The position numbers were made by a program, and so were the translations under genes. Shown here piece after piece: positions 50,480 through 60,621 of a DNA stretch of 64,000 bases. Below the pieces are notes generated by a model. That model saw only the letters and a list, made by a program, of their open reading frames with translations. It ran no database searches and was not told where the DNA came from. The stretch's first letter is position 1, and each line of letters begins with the position of its first letter. Origin of the DNA: a virus; the IMG/VR virus record IMGVR_UViG_3300029349_000001, positions 32,001 through 96,000 of that record. One strand, 5' to 3'.

Positions 50480-51286
50480 TTAATCCTCTATAGTAATAAT
50501 CCTTTGGTCGGGTGATGGAAACTTATGTTTAATATTATTGATTTGTTCTAGTAACTTAGAATATATGATCTTGGCTCTGGTTTTTGAGTAGTCCTTAGTT
50601 TGTTTGATTCTTATCAAGACCAAACCTTTGCCTAAGATTAGACCCTGCTTTTTCTGATCATAAGATATGTTTTTATTTAGACAGTCTTGACCCCATACAG
50701 GCTCAAAGTGAGATGGTCCGTCAACTTCGATTGCCGTATTTATACTAGGTAAAAACAGGTCAATCTGCAACTTGGTATTTGTCAAAATCTGCTCTTTATG
50801 AAAGTCTACTTTGAACCCGTCTGTTAACAAACACTCCAATAAGAAATTTTCTAATTTCGATCCTTGCTTACTCGCAACCCTAACAGCATGATTAGCTTTT
50901 TGTAAAATATTTTCTTTTGTTACAACGTCTAATTCTTCCCATGCTGTTTTGGCCTTTTGTTTACGTTCATTAAGTTCATCATCAGATAAAGTTTCCCAAG
51001 ACTTCATAACACCTAGTCCGATTCTGTCTTTCGTTTCTTGTTGTCTCTCTTTGCCTAGAGTCGGATGTTTGTGCTTGCCAGTTTTTAAAGCATTTTTTTG
51101 AGCAGCTGATTTGTCTCTGATAGTTATTCCAAGCTTCTTAGCATCTCTTAATACTTTATTAGCATAAGTACCTTGTTGAGAGGCTATGTCTGCAAAACTC
51201 ATATTCTTTTTTACATATAGGTCATTAAGCAAATTCTTTTTTTCACTATCCGACAACAAACTATATTGTTTCATATAAATCACCAT
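50480..51286 (-). CDS. Vsr/DUF559-like PD-(D/E)xK endonuclease with N-terminal DNA-binding region (homing-endonuclease-like)
   Basis: QIDLFLP...AIEVDGPSH...D..K...G..LIRI; N-terminal HTH-like MSFADIA and NUMOD3-like GKERQQETKDRIG. Confidence 0.6.
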   Translation of the reverse strand: MVIYMKQYSLLSDSEKKNLLNDLYVKKNMSFADIASQQGTYANKVLRDAKKLGITIRDKSAAQKNALKTGKHKHPTLGKERQQETKDRIGLGVMKSWETLSDDELNERKQKAKTAWEELDVVTKENILQKANHAVRVASKQGSKLENFLLECLLTDGFKVDFHKEQILTNTKLQIDLFLPSINTAIEVDGPSHFEPVWGQDCLNKNISYDQKKQGLILGKGLVLIRIKQTKDYSKTRAKIIYSKLLEQINNIKHKFPSPDQRIITIED

Positions 51287-51719
51287 AAATTAATTTTTGA
51301 CATACTATTGGTTCATAACTAAAAAACTGACTATACATTTTAGCAATATCTGTATTAGCACTAAAAATTCTATTAATTACTTTAGGACTGAATAATTCCT
51401 TAAGATAAGTATAATCATAAACCTTTTCTGCCCAAGGAATATTCTGTGCATAGTAGGTCAGTCCCTGCTTTTGGACAAATCTTGAGCTAAAAATCAATGA
51501 GTCTAAGTCTAGTGCTACAATATGAGCAGGAAAATGAGAGGCGTGGCTAATATGTAGAACCGGTACCATCTTAGTATCTATAGCATCACATCCACTAGTA
51601 AAAATAGCTATATTATTGAGTGGTCTGTTTCTAATAAAGTCGGATACTAAGCTTATGATATCATGACTAAAAATATCGTTTTTTAATTGCTTAATAATAA
51701 ATCCTAGATTGTGTTGCAT
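51261..51719 (-). CDS. Hypothetical protein (possible divergent glycosyltransferase fragment)
   Basis: 152-aa ORF in the co-oriented GT cluster. Confidence 0.45.
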   Translation of the reverse strand: MQHNLGFIIKQLKNDIFSHDIISLVSDFIRNRPLNNIAIFTSGCDAIDTKMVPVLHISHASHFPAHIVALDLDSLIFSSRFVQKQGLTYYAQNIPWAEKVYDYTYLKELFSPKVINRIFSANTDIAKMYSQFFSYEPIVCQKLIYGDLYETI

Positions 51720-51723
51720 AATA

Positions 51724-52416
51724 TTAAACTTTTAGTATGGTTGATAAAAATTGTTCCACTGTGATATGTTCTATATTAGTGTCTATTGTCAAGGCCCCAT
51801 CAGACCCAACTTGTAAAACACCGCAGCCTACAGCATGTGCTTCTGCGACATATTCATTGGTAAGATTAAGGTATTGCGTCGAAGTATTCAATATGTCATT
51901 TTTTTCAGATTCTGTAGTATTTCCTAAATTATATGGATTCGGATTTGCTCCATCAAACATAACTACATTATTCTGTTCACAAAATTTGATAAGTTCTGGT
52001 GTGATATTATAGTTGCTATTCAGAAAAGTACATATATTATATCGAATATTATTGTCTTTATCTTTTTTAGAATAAAAGTCTATATTGTTAAGAATGTGTG
52101 GTACTCTTATGGCATTTGGAACCACAGCATCCTTTTGGGTTACTATGTTATGACACAAATCTAAAATTGGATGAGAGAAATTTTGGTCATGATATATATA
52201 AATATTATATGTTTTATGGTATTCTTCGATAAAAGATGCTATGGCGTTAGTTAGGCCAGAAACATAAAACAAATAGTCTTTTTCTGATTGATGTAAACAA
52301 CCTATCTTGTATACATCAGAAGTGATATTAATGAGTTTAATTTGTGGATTCGATGTTTTATGCAAATAAGACGCTATTGTCTTACTAAGCTTCGAATTAT
52401 TATCTTGTATAATCAT
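51724..52416 (-). CDS. Divergent GT-B glycosyltransferase-like protein
   Basis: C-terminal EKNDILN...YVAEAHAVGC.V resembles the GT-B EA..cG.PV motif. Confidence 0.45.
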   Translation of the reverse strand: MIIQDNNSKLSKTIASYLHKTSNPQIKLINITSDVYKIGCLHQSEKDYLFYVSGLTNAIASFIEEYHKTYNIYIYHDQNFSHPILDLCHNIVTQKDAVVPNAIRVPHILNNIDFYSKKDKDNNIRYNICTFLNSNYNITPELIKFCEQNNVVMFDGANPNPYNLGNTTESEKNDILNTSTQYLNLTNEYVAEAHAVGCGVLQVGSDGALTIDTNIEHITVEQFLSTILKV

Positions 52417-53084
52417 ATGAAAACCTTGGCTTTTGGAATATCTCTCACGTTATTTATCTTCATAAAGTTTTTCTTATCTGCTGTTTGTACATTAAAATGA
52501 ATTTTCTGTTCTATTAACAGATTGATGATTTCAAATAGATACATCTGTGAGATTCTTTGTTTGTCTATGTTCTTAATAGCGCTTATTGCATCAGGATTGA
52601 ACATAACACATTCTGTCCACTTATTTGGTAAATCAAAGAATAAGTATTCTATAGAAGATTCGCCAATATAGCCTATATCAAAATTGGTTTTGGGTTTATT
52701 AATACAATATATTTGTGACGTATGGCTTTGTCCAGGTTTGGCTTTGAATGGGTTGTTTTTAAACAGTACGCCATTCGTTATCACCAACAAATTCTTTGTA
52801 TGTTGGAGTTGATCTAAAAAAATAGATAATGAGGCGCCGTGATTCGTATTTGCATAATCTGGATTATATACTATATTAATATTTTTGGTATTGCTATAGA
52901 GTTTGAGAATTTTATCATGTTCAAAACCCGACACTATAGTAATAGTATTGTGATTATTATATTTTTTAATTTCATTGATTTGATATTCTATGACAGAAAT
53001 TGATTGTTTAATTTTAAGTAGGGCTTTTGATCCTATAGATTTCATTCCCTTGGTAATTTCCGGCGCTATAATTAAAATATCCAT
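52413..53084 (-). CDS. Nucleotidyltransferase-like protein (LicC/NTP_transf_3-like, divergent)
   Basis: IIAPEITKGMKSIGSKALL, IVSGF, YNPDYANTN...S, GVLF, INN..D pattern. Confidence 0.6.
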   Translation of the reverse strand: MDILIIAPEITKGMKSIGSKALLKIKQSISVIEYQINEIKKYNNHNTITIVSGFEHDKILKLYSNTKNINIVYNPDYANTNHGASLSIFLDQLQHTKNLLVITNGVLFKNNPFKAKPGQSHTSQIYCINKPKTNFDIGYIGESSIEYLFFDLPNKWTECVMFNPDAISAIKNIDKQRISQMYLFEIINLLIEQKIHFNVQTADKKNFMKINNVRDIPKAKVFI

Positions 53085-53088
53085 AATT

Positions 53089-53829
53089 TTAGTACTGATG
53101 AATTAATATATGTTCTATGTTTTTTGTGACGCCTTCAGAAATTAGTTGCTCATTTTCTTTACATAGTTGACGGAAGTTATCAAAAGCTATAAACAGACCG
53201 TCCAAAGAAAAATATGGGGTTCTACACAACATATGGGCTTTGGGTTTTGTGATAGTCATAATTTCGTTAATATCTGCTATCTGCTTGTCTAGATCGTGCA
53301 TGTTATTACTATCGACTATCCAAGCATATTGTGATTGGTTTTTATTTTTGTTCGTGTCAAAGACTATGTTCAAAGCTTTTTCTCTAGGCTCTTCTTGTAA
53401 GAAATTATGTAGTTTCCATTCGCAGATATCTGATAATTGATCCTTTAATACATCAATAATTTTCGCCGTATTATTACTAGCAAATAAAATGAGAGAAAGA
53501 TATTTAGGCTTAATAGGCATCAACTTCATTTGCTTTACTATATCAGGAATAGTATCTTCTGTGGCGAAGATAGTAATATAGTATGGTATTTCGCATCTTT
53601 TGTAGATTTCGCTGGTAAGTTTATCAATACCACCTATCTCTTGTTTATTTTTATCGTATGTTACAAGATCGAATCCGTACAAGCATCTGTAGTCTTCTAT
53701 GATATTAAAGCCGTCATTGTCAATCTTGGTTGTATAGAATGGTTTAATTCTATTGATGATGTTCATTGTACATGGTTCTTCGGCATTTGCTAGATCTGCG
53801 AAAATGCATTTTTGACATAATGTCTTCAT
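53089..53829 (-). CDS. Hypothetical protein with N-terminal Cys cluster
   Basis: CQKCIFA...C...C; 246 aa in the GT cluster. Confidence 0.55.
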   Translation of the reverse strand: MKTLCQKCIFADLANAEEPCTMNIINRIKPFYTTKIDNDGFNIIEDYRCLYGFDLVTYDKNKQEIGGIDKLTSEIYKRCEIPYYITIFATEDTIPDIVKQMKLMPIKPKYLSLILFASNNTAKIIDVLKDQLSDICEWKLHNFLQEEPREKALNIVFDTNKNKNQSQYAWIVDSNNMHDLDKQIADINEIMTITKPKAHMLCRTPYFSLDGLFIAFDNFRQLCKENEQLISEGVTKNIEHILIHQY

Positions 53830-54251
53830 ATTGAGTTTCTCTTGAGAGTTATTGCTATAGTAGTATTTTGTGGATTTTTATTGATTTTAACAATAGAATA
53901 GGTATTGTTATATTTTTCTATAATATTTTTGATGTCAATTAATCCGATGCTATTATGAATTTTCTCGATAGCTTGAGACATTGCAGCAGAGTCTATCATT
54001 TTGTTAACATATCCATTAGATAAAGTTAACATATCGAGAATTTCTATAACACAGATACCTGTTTGTGGTCTAATTTTATTTAATAGCTGTACTATTATTG
54101 TTTCGCATAAATTATATGCTAATACATTTAATTCTGCGAATCGCAATACATCCACAGAATAATCTGGTATATTATTTATTTCATTAATATGTATATTTTG
54201 AAAACCAGTTTGATCAGCATTTTGTATTTTAATATTGATTATTTTATTCAT
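53826..54251 (-). CDS. Truncated/divergent methyltransferase-like protein
   Basis: IPDYSVD.L...LN...KIRP..G.C.I...D resembles the C-terminal half of a class I methyltransferase; no SAM-binding Gly loop. Confidence 0.35.
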   Translation of the reverse strand: MNKIINIKIQNADQTGFQNIHINEINNIPDYSVDVLRFAELNVLAYNLCETIIVQLLNKIRPQTGICVIEILDMLTLSNGYVNKMIDSAAMSQAIEKIHNSIGLIDIKNIIEKYNNTYSIVKINKNPQNTTIAITLKRNSI

Positions 54252-55093
54252 AATTTGTTTCTTTGCGTTTTAATTAGTTTATCAAGTTCTTTAACCATGC
54301 TAATATCACTGTCATAAATATTGTGTTGAGTTTTATTGGGTCTATCTAATATTTGACCTATTGTAGAGTTTATGGTAGAGAAATTAGAGACAATTTCTAG
54401 ATCCAAATACTTATTTTTCTGTGTAGTAATTGTATGACACCCAAGCAAGCCACACACTATGCTATCATAGATATAGTCTATTGATATAGCTACTCTATAT
54501 TTTGATATTTCTGTCATTAAGTCTCTTAGACTTTGAAAGTCTTTATAAGATATCATTCTAGCATTAGGGTATTGGCTTTTGATAGACTGGTACAGTAAGG
54601 CGGTTTGCCTGAGATTATTTGGATTTAAAACCACAACAGATTCTGTTTTGTTAATATTAGTATTTATATTCTCTGGGAATCCATAGTTGATAATATTATT
54701 ATATCCAACAGCCCAGTTTTCTGCAATGTTAATATCAAAAAACACCTTTTGTGTATCTGTTAAATATCTAGCTAATAAAAACTTGTCTTCTTTTTTAATA
54801 TTGCTTATAGGATTACTATGAACTAATAACATTGAAGGTATATTCAATGATTTGATTTTAGCCTGATGTTGAGAGTACGATACTGGATCGGATGCTATAC
54901 AAAAATCATATGTTATGGAGTCAAAGTCTATTTCGTCTGTAGAACCATATACGAATACATTATGATTTAATAGCGAACATACAACGTCGTCAAACATAGA
55001 TCCTGTTTTGAAATATATAATATTAGCAGGATTTTGCTGAATTTTATTGTATATCGAGTCAATGACTGAAAATGTTACTGTATTATTTTGCAT
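54248..55093 (-). CDS. Divergent GT-B glycosyltransferase-like protein
   Basis: IINYG...SKYRVAI...GLLGCHTIT layout resembling GT-B. Confidence 0.4.
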   Translation of the reverse strand: MQNNTVTFSVIDSIYNKIQQNPANIIYFKTGSMFDDVVCSLLNHNVFVYGSTDEIDFDSITYDFCIASDPVSYSQHQAKIKSLNIPSMLLVHSNPISNIKKEDKFLLARYLTDTQKVFFDINIAENWAVGYNNIINYGFPENINTNINKTESVVVLNPNNLRQTALLYQSIKSQYPNARMISYKDFQSLRDLMTEISKYRVAISIDYIYDSIVCGLLGCHTITTQKNKYLDLEIVSNFSTINSTIGQILDRPNKTQHNIYDSDISMVKELDKLIKTQRNKL

Positions 55094-56088
55094 ACTAGAT
55101 CCGATAGTGATTTATTGGTGTTTTTGCTTCTGTGTACAGAGGTATTATTTACAGACTGTAATAGAGTTTTAGATATACTTTCTGTCGTTAGTGAATTTTG
55201 CTTAAGCTGTATATCATCTATACTTAAAATTGGGATAATCGGCATCTGGGTATAGGATACATCTTTGTGTGTGACATATGCTATGCTATTTTGTTTACAG
55301 TATTTTTCATACATAACATACTTAGTATATGCATTTAGCGACAAGTAGCAATTTAGATTATTAAGAAATCTAATCGAATCCATATGATTACAATTATTAA
55401 ACATAAAGATGATTTTATCATAGTTTGTAATCTTTAAAGACTGTTTAATATCAGCATAAAAAGATTCTAACTCAGATTTTTCTTTATCCGTAGCCGTTAT
55501 CAGAATGCACAGAGATACATCGTCATTAGCCCTAAAAGTTGTGAGAAAAGCCTGTATTAATTTATGTATAACACCACTTTCCTTTGAATATAATCCTATA
55601 AATCCAAATTTATACAGGTGGTCGTAGGAGCCAATATTGTATCTTTCTTTATTACATTGATTGAGGATAAGCGGCGACTGTTGCTCGTATATTTCTACAT
55701 TGGTGTTTTTGTTTTGAATTTGTTCTTTTGTTTTGATATCGTCTACTAGTATAGATGCGTAATGAGATAGTATATCTGTGTTTGTATATTGGATGTAGGG
55801 ACTCACAAAAGGTATGATAATATTAGGAGCATAATAATTTATAGCAAGAAAATCTATGGGTAAATTTTGTATAACGCCATCTAGTTGTCCAACTCCGTCT
55901 AAAGAAGAGGCCGTATTTAGTAGGATACTACTTGTATCAAATATGTCGTTGGAATCAACAGGTATATGCTTTGCAATAATGTTTAGATGCTCGACCTGAG
56001 ATAATTCATGTATGTTTCTTAGTGCTGCTTGACCAACATAATTGGGTTGCTGATATGGGCCGAGATATAGTATGTTTTTCTTATTCAT
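55075..56088 (-). CDS. Divergent GT4-like glycosyltransferase
   Basis: ILYLGPY...GQAA N-terminus; YKFGFIG...LIQAF...F...DDVSL.I; donor-binding ExE motif not evident. Confidence 0.5.
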   Translation of the reverse strand: MNKKNILYLGPYQQPNYVGQAALRNIHELSQVEHLNIIAKHIPVDSNDIFDTSSILLNTASSLDGVGQLDGVIQNLPIDFLAINYYAPNIIIPFVSPYIQYTNTDILSHYASILVDDIKTKEQIQNKNTNVEIYEQQSPLILNQCNKERYNIGSYDHLYKFGFIGLYSKESGVIHKLIQAFLTTFRANDDVSLCILITATDKEKSELESFYADIKQSLKITNYDKIIFMFNNCNHMDSIRFLNNLNCYLSLNAYTKYVMYEKYCKQNSIAYVTHKDVSYTQMPIIPILSIDDIQLKQNSLTTESISKTLLQSVNNTSVHRSKNTNKSLSDLVCKIIQ

Positions 56089-56093
56089 ATATG

Positions 56094-57758
56094 TTATTTA
56101 TTGTCTTTGATATTAGCATACTCAATATAATCATCATTAAATTTAAGTTTATTAACTCTTGCGTATTCTGCTTGATTATTATTGTCTATAAGAGTATTAA
56201 AATATTCTATAATGTCTTTAGCATTATAACCAGCGATACTCATACCATTAATAGTAAATCCGTAGTCCGCTTGCTTCAACATATCTAAAACATTTTTATC
56301 TAAAGCATAGGCATGTTTTAAATATTTATCAAATATAAATTGAACCATATCTATGTTAGAAATATTAGCCGGTATAGAGGCTGTATCGATCTTTGGTAGG
56401 ATCTGTGGAGGATCGTCCCATTTTGAAACATAGGTATCAGATAGTTTATCTAGATAAGTCTCCCACTTGAGAGCTATATTATCCCAATTATAGTGTTGCT
56501 CTGTAAGAGTGCGTGTTTTTGTTGATATCTCATTTTTATTAGATGAATGATAAAACTTTACAATATATTCAATTAAGCTCCTATTGTCAGGATAGGTTCG
56601 AATAGCTTGAGTTTCCAGTTCCTTAAAATAGCTTGCAATAGGTATAGGATATGCTTCTAGTTTATCAACAACATCACACATAGCACTATAATTGACGGTT
56701 GCTATTGGCACACCACAAGCAGCGGCTTCTACTTGCGGCATACCGAAACCTTCGCAAATAGAATATTGTACATATAGGTCAAAAGTATTGTAGATTAAAG
56801 ATAGGTCGTTTGTGGATACCCCATGAGTTACAGAAGACAACGCCATACTTTTTTCTAGACATCGTGGACATACCTTGGTTGGTCCAGTAAATACGTTGGC
56901 CTGAATAAAGTTGCATTTTTTACAAACATATGAGAATAGTACTCTATTAATACAACCATATTCTTTTAGAATTTGTGGCAAGTCCCAACCAGCATCTGGA
57001 TAACTAGTATGCATATACAAATATATATTATTGCGTATGTCATCGCTGATATTTTTATCTTGTAGAATTGTGCCAATAACATTAAAAAGTTCTGGAATCA
57101 GTTTGCGTTTCTGATTTCTCATAACAGAACCTATAATAAATGCATTTTCTGGCACACCCAAAGCCTTGCGTATATCAGACTTTTCTGTTGCTGAGTATGG
57201 TTTGAAAGTGGTTAAGTCTACGCCGGGAGAGGCGGTGTCTATATAATTAACCGATCCAGCAGTTTGCTTTTTTAAAACTTTGGCTCCCCAGTCAGAATAA
57301 GTAAAAATAGCATCAGCAGAAAGAAAGGTATCAATCCATTCTTCTTGTTGTGGCTCAGAGTCTACTGTTGGCATCAGCACCCAATGCACAAACTTTCTTA
57401 ATGGTGACCATCTTTGATAAGAATTCATCCAGTAGTCACGAACATCAATTACTACATCGGGCTTGAAATCTAGTAATACTTTTTCAAATCTCCAACGACC
57501 AAATTGGTTATCTGGTCTAGACATATATTCTTTGTATCTGGCGTCTTCGGACCTAACACCGTTGGCATAATATCTCCATTTGATAGCAGTATCTCTAGGA
57601 TCATTTACAAAACCATAAGAAGCAAATTCCGCTATTTCATACTTGTTAGTCTTATGTAACCTAGACAGAACCTCTTTTGCATAAACGCCAAATCCAGAGC
57701 TTAAAAAACTGGCTTCGGAACACATTAATACTTTGAGTTTTCTTTTATCTGTTGCCAT
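56094..57758 (-). CDS. GT4-family glycosyltransferase with inserted zinc ribbon
   Basis: SGFG, RNQKRK, FDLYVQYSICEGFGMPQVEAAACGVP motifs; CKKC...CPRC. Confidence 0.85.
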   Translation of the reverse strand: MATDKRKLKVLMCSEASFLSSGFGVYAKEVLSRLHKTNKYEIAEFASYGFVNDPRDTAIKWRYYANGVRSEDARYKEYMSRPDNQFGRWRFEKVLLDFKPDVVIDVRDYWMNSYQRWSPLRKFVHWVLMPTVDSEPQQEEWIDTFLSADAIFTYSDWGAKVLKKQTAGSVNYIDTASPGVDLTTFKPYSATEKSDIRKALGVPENAFIIGSVMRNQKRKLIPELFNVIGTILQDKNISDDIRNNIYLYMHTSYPDAGWDLPQILKEYGCINRVLFSYVCKKCNFIQANVFTGPTKVCPRCLEKSMALSSVTHGVSTNDLSLIYNTFDLYVQYSICEGFGMPQVEAAACGVPIATVNYSAMCDVVDKLEAYPIPIASYFKELETQAIRTYPDNRSLIEYIVKFYHSSNKNEISTKTRTLTEQHYNWDNIALKWETYLDKLSDTYVSKWDDPPQILPKIDTASIPANISNIDMVQFIFDKYLKHAYALDKNVLDMLKQADYGFTINGMSIAGYNAKDIIEYFNTLIDNNNQAEYARVNKLKFNDDYIEYANIKDNK

Positions 57759-57789
57759 AATTATATGTTGTTGATATTGGAAGAGATAT

Positions 57790-57815
57790 AAAAAAGGGGG
57801 TCGTTTATGACCCCC
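57790..57815 (-). terminator. Rho-independent terminator after ssb
   Basis: GGGGGTC/GACCCCC stem with 6-nt loop followed by T6 on the minus strand. Confidence 0.85.
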
Positions 57816-57845
57816 AGTTTTATTTGGTCTTATAAGACTCTACTA

Positions 57846-58223
57846 CTAAAACGCCACAGTTTCCTTGCTGTCGCCCGTCTTAGATGTTGCTCTCGATAGC
57901 TTTGTAATCTTCGAGAAATTATTCACCCTGACCTTGAGGGTGTTATGCTTAACGCCGTCCTTTTCCCAAGAATCATTCCTTAAAGATCCTTCGATAAGTA
58001 CTAGATCACCCTTCTTAAAGGATTCACCAATTACTTCGGCACCAGAATCCCAAGCTTCACAATTGATAAAGGAAGTAATCTTATCCTTTTCGCCATTGTT
58101 CTTGGTATATTCACGAGAAGTAGCAACGGTAAAATTAACCACTGATGTCTGCTTATCTCCGCTACCAACCACTCGTAGTTCTGGATCTCGTGCAAGATTA
58201 CCCTTTAATAGTACAATATTCAT
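57846..58223 (-). CDS. ssb: Single-stranded DNA-binding protein
   Basis: N.V.L.GNLARDPELR...F..CEAW...KGDLVLIEGSL...W; ends in ETVAF; GGAG RBS. Confidence 0.93.
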   Translation of the reverse strand: MNIVLLKGNLARDPELRVVGSGDKQTSVVNFTVATSREYTKNNGEKDKITSFINCEAWDSGAEVIGESFKKGDLVLIEGSLRNDSWEKDGVKHNTLKVRVNNFSKITKLSRATSKTGDSKETVAF

Positions 58224-58273
58224 AGCTAATCATCTCCATAAAAATGTTTAAAATACCAAACCGTCACAGTACT

Positions 58274-58301
58274 ATTATATGAATCGGGCCTGTGGTGTCA
58301 A
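58274..58301 (-). promoter_or_regulatory. Sigma70-type promoter for ssb
   Basis: TTGACA (58301-58296), 16-nt spacer, TATAAT (58279-58274) on the minus strand. Confidence 0.75.
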
Positions 58302-59920
58302 GTCATAGGCTCAAAACACTTTGATACAACCAGACCGTCTCCTGTTTTCGTTTTATCGCCAAAAAATACAAGAATATTTCCTTCAAATAGATGGTGCTTA
58401 TACTCAGCCAATTGTTCTGGAAACATTATCAATGAGTCTAATATTCCTACAGAATCTTCGATGCTGATAAATGCCATTTCTTGTCCTGGGTTTTTTCCTC
58501 TTTTAGTTTTGATAAAATTAACCGAAGAAATTTCACCAGCAATAATAACGTTTTTGTTATATGCAGAAGTTTTAAATGTTTTGCAGTCGGTGTTTGTCAT
58601 TGTCGTGTCGTATGTATCTAGTTTAGAACAGGACAATGCAACCCCGAGCAAACCGTTTTCAGAGTCTGAAATCCACTCTATCTTATCTGTTAAAGAAAAT
58701 GGAGGATGTTGTATTGTATGTATTAGATTATTAATTGCTTCTTTTCTTTTTGTTGTAAGCTTAAGGGTGGCAACGCCATCTAATAACATCTGTTCCAGAT
58801 TTTTGTAGTTTTTGACTAGTCTTAGTTCATTGAGTTTTTCTAATTCTTTTGCTGTTAATGCTGATAGAATATCTAATTCCAACAACATTTCCGTGCGAGT
58901 CTTTTTACTAAAATCTACAGCACCACAAGAAATTAGTGATTTAGCTGCGGCAGAGTTGATATTTAGTAAAATATCTATGAGAATATCATACCAAGACAGA
59001 GCATACAAATCTTTACCAGAACAAATACCTAATAGTTTTTTATATACTGAAGCTCCGACAGCCTTTATGTCCGTTAGGCCAAAATATATCTCTTTGTCTT
59101 TGATGTAAAAGAATTCATTTAAATTACGTAAGTCTGGTATTCTGATACTAATACCCATGCTATTAGCATTTCTAACTAATTCTTTAATTTCTTGCTGTGG
59201 ATCAATTTTATCTTTAGCATATCTGAGATATGAAGCAAAAAATATCCTTGGAAAATGTGCTTTGGCATAGGCTGATAAATACGCATTAACCGCATAAGAC
59301 ACAGCATGACTAGCGTTGAACAAATATCTCTGACTCTTTTCGATCCATCCGAATATCTGTTCTGCTTCATCCGTGGTAACAATACTCAGTTTAGCACACC
59401 CGTCGATAAATTGCTTTTTAACCTTGGCCATTTTATCGGCTTGTTTTTTGCCGATAGCTTTTCTTAGTTCATCAGCATCTTGAAGATTGAATCCGGCAAC
59501 AGACTTAGCAATACCCATCGCCTGTTCTTGATAAACCATCTCTCCGTATGTTTCCTTAAGAATAGGCTCTAACGCAGGATGGAAGTAGTCAATAGCCTCT
59601 AATCCGTTTTTTCTGTCTATATAATGATGAGATACGCTCTTTCCATCTCGATAAGCTTCCAAACATCCCGGCCTTAAGATAGAAATTAGTGCAGATAATT
59701 GTTCTATATTTTCCGGTTTGAGTTTTTTTGCCATAGATTGGCCCAGCCTTGATTCTAGCTGGAAACATCCCTTGGTATTGCCTTCTGATATCAACTCCCA
59801 TGTTCTAGAACAAGACAGATTGATATTAGCAATATTAGGATCAAAAATAATTTTGGGAGTTGTTGAATGTTCCGATATAGGAAATTTACAACCACAATCA
59901 AATGTAAAATAACTTGACAT
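58298..59920 (-). CDS. dnaE: DNA polymerase III alpha, C-terminal piece (finger, HhH, OB fold)
   Basis: GCFQLES, LRPG, ETYG.MVYQEQ.M, LRKAIGKK, Y.FN.SHAVSY, FGL..IK.VG, MAFISIED. Confidence 0.92.
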   Translation of the reverse strand: MSSYFTFDCGCKFPISEHSTTPKIIFDPNIANINLSCSRTWELISEGNTKGCFQLESRLGQSMAKKLKPENIEQLSALISILRPGCLEAYRDGKSVSHHYIDRKNGLEAIDYFHPALEPILKETYGEMVYQEQAMGIAKSVAGFNLQDADELRKAIGKKQADKMAKVKKQFIDGCAKLSIVTTDEAEQIFGWIEKSQRYLFNASHAVSYAVNAYLSAYAKAHFPRIFFASYLRYAKDKIDPQQEIKELVRNANSMGISIRIPDLRNLNEFFYIKDKEIYFGLTDIKAVGASVYKKLLGICSGKDLYALSWYDILIDILLNINSAAAKSLISCGAVDFSKKTRTEMLLELDILSALTAKELEKLNELRLVKNYKNLEQMLLDGVATLKLTTKRKEAINNLIHTIQHPPFSLTDKIEWISDSENGLLGVALSCSKLDTYDTTMTNTDCKTFKTSAYNKNVIIAGEISSVNFIKTKRGKNPGQEMAFISIEDSVGILDSLIMFPEQLAEYKHHLFEGNILVFFGDKTKTGDGLVVSKCFEPMT

Positions 59921-59925
59921 ACAAT

Positions 59926-60621
59926 TTAGTTCGTGGCGAATGATCCTCTAAATTTAACCTTTTTACCTAAATTCCTGTGCAGTCTTAAGAATCTAATAAG
60001 AATATCGGCAGTATCTCTAACGTCCTTTAAGGCGTCGTGAGCACCCTCTTTTGATATTCCCAAATAGTCTCTTAGGTTATCTAATGTATAGTTTTTAAGT
60101 TCGTTGTTAGATTCAAACCAGTAGAATATAACATTCATTACATCAACAACGTCTCTAGGATAAAATAGTGAAGACCTACCTTCTTTATTGAGGTTGTTAT
60201 ACTTCTTACTAAGCCTCTCGATAATACGAAGATCAAATCTATTAATATTGTATCCTGCTGCAATTGGGGCAGTAAAACAGGATCGCTTATCGGATCTAAT
60301 ATGATACTTTTCTAGATAAGACAAGAATAATTTCCAAGATTGTTGCTGAGGCGTATAAGAATGCCACATTTTTAATATGTCATCTTGTGAACAACCACGA
60401 ACCTTTGAATGAAATTCTAGTATATCAGAATCAGAATATGTATATGTAGAATCGGCCTCAAGTTTCTCGGGCTTGATACTAACATTGAATTCTGAGTCTG
60501 GTATAATTTCTAGTCTTAATGGATCGACAATAACCGCCGCTATTTGAACTGGACTGCATGAATCCGGATCGGATCCATCGGTTTCCATATCAAACACACA
60601 AAGTTTTTGAAAATTAGGCAT
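59926..60621 (-). CDS. DEDDh 3'-5' exonuclease (DnaQ/epsilon-like)
   Basis: FDMET, GYNINRFD, AHDALKD motifs. Confidence 0.88.
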   Translation of the reverse strand: MPNFQKLCVFDMETDGSDPDSCSPVQIAAVIVDPLRLEIIPDSEFNVSIKPEKLEADSTYTYSDSDILEFHSKVRGCSQDDILKMWHSYTPQQQSWKLFLSYLEKYHIRSDKRSCFTAPIAAGYNINRFDLRIIERLSKKYNNLNKEGRSSLFYPRDVVDVMNVIFYWFESNNELKNYTLDNLRDYLGISKEGAHDALKDVRDTADILIRFLRLHRNLGKKVKFRGSFATN

